A DNA stretch of 20,000 bases, taken from IMG/VR virus record IMGVR_UViG_3300031689_000528, one strand, 5' to 3'. The position numbers were made by a program, and so were the translations under genes. The notes beneath the pieces are model-generated. The model had not been told where the DNA came from. It saw only the letters and a list, made by a program, of their open reading frames with translations, and searched no databases. Below are positions 15,759 through 20,000 of the stretch, piece after piece (within the stretch, counting starts at the first letter, position 1; every line of letters begins with the position of its first letter). Source of the DNA: an uncultured virus (IMG/VR IMGVR_UViG_3300031689_000528) (taxonomy: Duplodnaviria > Heunggongvirae > Uroviricota > Caudoviricetes).

Positions 15759-16256
15759 ATGGTAAATAACGATCAAACATCAATTCACGTACAATTAGCA
15801 GAGTTAACCAAAGACGTACAACAGGTTAATAATATTCAAAGTAGATTGGATATTGCTATTGATAAGTTAACAGATGTATCAACTCATATTAAATCTATGC
15901 TGGCAGTACATGAAGAAAAGATAGAACACCAGGAAAAAATAGATGATGTCATATTCTCAAAACTTAAAATTAGAGCTAGTGAGACATCAACGTTAGAAAA
16001 CGAGACTAGACAACTAATAGAAGAATCAGAGCATAGACTATTAAGTGAGATAAAAGAACGAAAGACAGAGAGTATTGATTCCGAGACCAGAATAATGAAC
16101 GAGATAAAAGATTTAAAGAAAAGTATAGGTAATCGGGTAAGTTTATTAGAAAAATACAAATGGATAATCATCGGTGCCTTTCTGGCAATGGAAGCTGTAA
16201 CAGCAATGTCACTATCTAGGAACGGATTGATCTCCTGGTTCTCATTTTTAAATTAA
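15759..16256 (+). CDS. Coiled-coil protein with C-terminal TM segment
   Basis: Motifs RLDIAIDKLTDVS..I..MLAVHEEKI and RVSLLEKYKWIIIGAF; a pattern I recognise next to primase in marine T4-like phages. Confidence 0.65.
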   Translation: MVNNDQTSIHVQLAELTKDVQQVNNIQSRLDIAIDKLTDVSTHIKSMLAVHEEKIEHQEKIDDVIFSKLKIRASETSTLENETRQLIEESEHRLLSEIKERKTESIDSETRIMNEIKDLKKSIGNRVSLLEKYKWIIIGAFLAMEAVTAMSLSRNGLISWFSFLN

Positions 16257-16264
16257 AATCAGGC

Positions 16265-16293
16265 TTGACATTTAGAGTATAATCTAGTATAGT
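16265..16293 (+). promoter_or_regulatory. Sigma70-type early promoter for primase
   Basis: TTGACA(16265-16270)-N17-TATAGT(16288-16293), intergenic. Confidence 0.8.
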
Positions 16294-16302
16294 GTACTTA
16301 CT

Positions 16303-17307
16303 ATGTCTAGTTATATTGATCTAAAATTTATTAACAACCTTTCAGGTAGATTAGGACAGTTTAAGAAGAAAACTGACTATCTATTTAATTTCAGATGTCC
16401 ACATTGTGGAGATTCAGAAAAATCCAAAACAAAAGCAAGGGCATATTTCTACAGAGTAAAGAACGACATGTTTTTTAAATGTCATAACTGTGGTCAAGGC
16501 CAAAACTTCTCTAACTTCTTAAAGTATGTTGATCCTAAAATGTACGAAGAATATCTATTAGAAAGATATAAAGGGTCGGCACCATCTACAAAGAAACCAG
16601 ATTGGGAGTTTGAGAAACCTGTATTTAAAAACATTGGTATATTAGAATCATTAAAAACTATAGAACAATTAGATGATGAACATACAGCAAAAATTTACAT
16701 AAAGAAAAGAAAGATACCTGAAAAGTTTTATGATAAACTATATTATACTGATAAATTTGAGGAGTTAGTAAACAAAATTAAACCAAACACATACAAAATT
16801 CAAAATGATCACGAAAGATTAGTAATACCTTTTTATAATACAACTGGTGATTTATTTGCGTTTCAAGGTCGTGCATTAGGTAAAGAAAATCCTAAATACT
16901 TAACAATTAAACTAGATGAAAATAAACAAAAAGTATTTGGTTTAGAACGTATAAATTTTCAAGATCATGTATATATAGTGGAAGGACCTATAGACGCTTT
17001 GTTTATAGACAACTGTATCGCAGCTGCTGGTGCAGATTTAATGTTAAATAACAAGGTACCTAATAATAAAATTACCTATATATTTGACAACGAACCAAGA
17101 AACAAAGAAATTATAAACCGTATGTATAAAATGATTGATAACGGATTCAATATTGTTATATGGCCTGAAGATCAAACACTAAAAGATATTAATGATATGA
17201 TAATTAGTGGCTTGACAAAACTACAAATAAAAGATATAATAACAGATAACAGTTACTCACAGTTAAGTGCTCTTACTAAACTAAACCATTGGAAAAAAAT
17301 TAAATGA
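16303..17307 (+). CDS. gp61: T4 gp61-type DNA primase
   Basis: Zn finger NFRCPHCGDS...FKCHNCG, RLVIPF..FQGR and TOPRIM motifs VEGPIDALF, FDNEPRN, KDINDM. Confidence 0.95.
   Translation: MSSYIDLKFINNLSGRLGQFKKKTDYLFNFRCPHCGDSEKSKTKARAYFYRVKNDMFFKCHNCGQGQNFSNFLKYVDPKMYEEYLLERYKGSAPSTKKPDWEFEKPVFKNIGILESLKTIEQLDDEHTAKIYIKKRKIPEKFYDKLYYTDKFEELVNKIKPNTYKIQNDHERLVIPFYNTTGDLFAFQGRALGKENPKYLTIKLDENKQKVFGLERINFQDHVYIVEGPIDALFIDNCIAAAGADLMLNNKVPNNKITYIFDNEPRNKEIINRMYKMIDNGFNIVIWPEDQTLKDINDMIISGLTKLQIKDIITDNSYSQLSALTKLNHWKKIK
17212..17240 (+). promoter_or_regulatory. Perfect sigma70 consensus promoter inside the primase 3' end, upstream of nrdA
   Basis: TTGACA(17212-17217)-N17-TATAAT(17235-17240). Confidence 0.8.
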
Positions 17308-19616
17308 CATCAGAAATATTAAACGTTAAAAAAAGAGGTGGTCGTGGATTAGAACTACTTAGCATTGAAAAAATACATGAAATGGTTGAGTTTGCTTGCG
17401 AAGATATAAAAGGTGTATCAGCGTCACAAGTTGAAATGAATAGTGGTTTACAATTTTATGATGGCATGTCAACAGATGACATACAACAAATTTTAATTAA
17501 GTCTGCTTCAGATTTAATATCACTAGACAATCCAAATTATCAATATGTAGCTGCTAGATTGTTATTGTTTAGTTTAAGAAAACAAGTTATTGGCAGATTA
17601 TGGGATCACCCTAGTATGATTGACCACGTAGAGAAGTGTGTTAAAAGAGGTGTTTATGATCCTGATATAATGAAAAAATATGAGAGAAAAGATTTTAGTA
17701 GAATGCAAAACTGGATAACACATGAAAGAGATAACAACTTTACATATGCCGGTTTAAGACAAGTTATAGACAAGTATCTAGTACAAGATAGATCAAACGG
17801 AGAAATTTATGAAACTCCACAATTTATGTACATGATGATTTCTGCTACACTGTTTCAAAATTATCCAAAATCAAGGAGAATGACCTATGTCAAGAAGTAT
17901 TATGATTCGATATCCAATTTTAAAATTAATATACCTACACCTGTTATGGCTGGTGTCCGTACTCCTATTAAGCAGTATGCTAGTTGCGTACTTGTTGATA
18001 GTGACGACACTCTTGGTAGTATTTTCAGCAGCGACATGGCTATTGGCTCTTACGTTGCACAAAGAGCCGGCATTGGAATCAATGCAGGAAGAATACGTGG
18101 AATCAATGCAAGAATCAGAGGAGGTGAAGTCCAACACACAGGTGTTATTCCTTTTCTCAAAAAATTTGAAGCAACGGTTAAGTGTTGTACTCAAAACGGA
18201 GTTAGAGGCGGTTCAGCAACTGTACACTTCCCAATTTGGCACCAAGAAATAGAAGACATTATTGTTTTAAAGAACAACAAAGGTAGTGAAGATAACAGAG
18301 TTAGAAAATTAGATTACTCTATTCAACTTTCTAAATTATTCTATGAAAGATTTATTAATGAAGAAGAAATAACTCTATTCTCTCCACATGATGTACCTGA
18401 ATTATATGAAGCTTGGGGAACACCAGCATTTGATGAACTATATGAAAGAGCAGAAAGAAAAACTTCTATTAAGAAACAAAAAGTAAGCGCTCAAACACTA
18501 TTTACAGACATATTAAAAGAAAGAGCAGAAACAGGTCGTATTTACATAATGAATATTGATCATTGTAATACACACTCCAGTTTTAAAGATACTATCACTA
18601 TGAGTAACCTATGTCAAGAGATCACACTCCCTACCACTCCTATACAGCATATAGATGGTCAAGGAGAGATTGCTCTATGTATTCTATCAGCAATTAATGT
18701 TGGTAAACTCAATCAACTGGATGAACTGGAAGAACTATGCGACCTTGCAGTAAGATCATTAGAAGAAATTATAGACCATCAACAATATCCTGTTAAGGCC
18801 GCCGAAGTATCAACTAAAGGAAGAAGATCATTAGGTATTGGTTATATTGGTCTCGCACACTTTTTAGCAAAAGCAGGGTTTAAATACAATGAAAAAGGTG
18901 CCTGGAAAGAAGTAGATAAATTATCAGAAGCGTTTCAATACTATCTGTTAAAGTCATCAAATACACTTGCAAAAGAAAAAGGTCAGTGTGATCTATTTCA
19001 TAGAACAAAATATGCAGATGGTATATTACCAATAGATACTTACAAAAAAGAAGTAGATGAGATCGTAACTCGTAAGTTATCTATGAAATGGGAACAATTA
19101 AGAAAAGATATTAAAGAATTTGGGCTAAGACATAGTACTCTATCGGCCCAAATGCCTTCCGAGTCTTCTAGTGTGGTATCAAATGCTACAAATGGCATTG
19201 AACCACCTAGAGACCACTTATCAGTTAAGAAAAGTAAGAAAGGCACATTAAAACAGATAGTACCAGAATATAACAAATTAAAAAATTATTATACTTTATT
19301 ATGGGATATGCCTAGTAATGAGGGATATATAAATGTAGTAGCCGTAATGCAAAAGTACTTTGATCAAGCTATATCAGGTAACTGGTCTTATAATCCAGAT
19401 AACTATGAAGATAATCAAGTACCTATATCGGTTATGGCACAAGACTTACTAACAACTTATAGATTAGGTTGGAAAACATCTTACTATCAAAACACTTATG
19501 ACAGTAAGAAAGACATTGAAGAGCCTAAACACTCTATAGATTACGATACACCAATAACACCTGAAGATCCTCCTAAAGAACAAATTGAAGAGGATTGTGA
19601 TAGTTGCACAATATAA
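17304..19616 (+). CDS. nrdA: Class Ia ribonucleotide reductase alpha subunit
   Basis: N-terminal ATP cone, ETPQ, PTPVMAGVRT..QYASCVL, QNGVRGGSAT, SNLCQEI (radical Cys), KTSYY and C-terminal CDSC. ATGA overlap with the primase gene. Confidence 0.97.
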   Translation: MTSEILNVKKRGGRGLELLSIEKIHEMVEFACEDIKGVSASQVEMNSGLQFYDGMSTDDIQQILIKSASDLISLDNPNYQYVAARLLLFSLRKQVIGRLWDHPSMIDHVEKCVKRGVYDPDIMKKYERKDFSRMQNWITHERDNNFTYAGLRQVIDKYLVQDRSNGEIYETPQFMYMMISATLFQNYPKSRRMTYVKKYYDSISNFKINIPTPVMAGVRTPIKQYASCVLVDSDDTLGSIFSSDMAIGSYVAQRAGIGINAGRIRGINARIRGGEVQHTGVIPFLKKFEATVKCCTQNGVRGGSATVHFPIWHQEIEDIIVLKNNKGSEDNRVRKLDYSIQLSKLFYERFINEEEITLFSPHDVPELYEAWGTPAFDELYERAERKTSIKKQKVSAQTLFTDILKERAETGRIYIMNIDHCNTHSSFKDTITMSNLCQEITLPTTPIQHIDGQGEIALCILSAINVGKLNQLDELEELCDLAVRSLEEIIDHQQYPVKAAEVSTKGRRSLGIGYIGLAHFLAKAGFKYNEKGAWKEVDKLSEAFQYYLLKSSNTLAKEKGQCDLFHRTKYADGILPIDTYKKEVDEIVTRKLSMKWEQLRKDIKEFGLRHSTLSAQMPSESSSVVSNATNGIEPPRDHLSVKKSKKGTLKQIVPEYNKLKNYYTLLWDMPSNEGYINVVAVMQKYFDQAISGNWSYNPDNYEDNQVPISVMAQDLLTTYRLGWKTSYYQNTYDSKKDIEEPKHSIDYDTPITPEDPPKEQIEEDCDSCTI

Positions 19617-19634
19617 AACAATAAATAAGAACAT

Positions 19635-20000
19635 ATGAGTAAATCAGTATTTAACAAAACAAAAGGTATAGACACGACTAAACAGTTAATGTTTTTTGGA
19701 CCTGACCTATCTGTACAAAGGTATGATACTTTTAAATATCCTATCTTTGATAAACTTACTCAACAACAACTTGGTTATTTTTGGAGACCTGAAGAAATAT
19801 CTTTACAGAAAGATAGAAACGATTATCTAGATTTAAGCGAAGGACAAAAATTCATATTTACAAGTAACTTAAAGTACCAAACACTATTAGATAGTGTACA
19901 AGGAAGAGGTCCATGTTTAGCATTTTTACCTTTCGTATCACTTCCAGAATTAGAGGGTGCCATAATAGTATGGGACTTTATGGAAACAATTCACAGTAGA
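19635..20000 (+). CDS. nrdB: Class Ia ribonucleotide reductase beta subunit, 3' partial (absent from the ORF track)
   Basis: Translates as MSKSVFNKTKG...MFFG...QRYDTFKYPIFDKLTQQQLGYFWRPEEISL.KDR.DY...IFTSNLKYQTLLDSVQGRGP...ETIHSR; runs off the window. Confidence 0.95.
   Translation, partial: MSKSVFNKTKGIDTTKQLMFFGPDLSVQRYDTFKYPIFDKLTQQQLGYFWRPEEISLQKDRNDYLDLSEGQKFIFTSNLKYQTLLDSVQGRGPCLAFLPFVSLPELEGAIIVWDFMETIHSR

Noticed and set aside
17887..18252. 121 aa + strand alternate-frame ORF inside nrdA
   Set aside because: Fully nested in a highly conserved gene with no recognisable motif. The upstream AGGAGA is explained by NrdA Arg-Arg codons, so it is probably a shadow ORF.
796..19276. All minus-strand ORFs in the supplied track
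   Set aside because: They are short and lie antisense to well-supported + strand genes. Their Ser/Leu/Phe-rich sequences are what the reverse of K/E-rich codons produces, and they show no recognisable motifs.
17304..20000. Intron, intein or homing endonuclease in nrdA/nrdB
   Set aside because: NrdA is continuous at a normal length of 770 aa, the nrdA-nrdB gap is 18 nt, and the visible part of nrdB is uninterrupted.

Overview
AT-rich (roughly 30% GC by eye), densely coding, all + strand segment of a T4-like marine myophage. It most resembles Pelagibacter (SAR11) myophages, inferred from gene content and composition. Left part (1-6.5 kb): probable late head/virion genes, including small proteins with T4 capsid-targeting-like N-termini, two paralogous Ig-like proteins, a HAD nucleotidase and two structured intergenic spacers. 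Middle (6.5-9.1 kb): a membrane/lysis-like cluster with an overlapping i-spanin/o-spanin-like pair, a DUF1353-like protein and several tiny hydrophobic ORFs. From 9.1 to 15.7 kb, behind a perfect T4 late promoter (TATAAATA), lies a tightly coupled five-gene operon: CsgF, CsgG, a secreted curlin-like repeat protein, a secreted FecR-domain protein with a very long acidic Trp-rich region, and a CHASE2 membrane class III adenylate cyclase. This is the best candidate for a phage-encoded trans-envelope signalling system. Right part: a coiled-coil membrane protein, then gp61 primase and nrdA (each preceded by a sigma70-type promoter) and the start of nrdB. All family assignments are by motif recognition, not database search.
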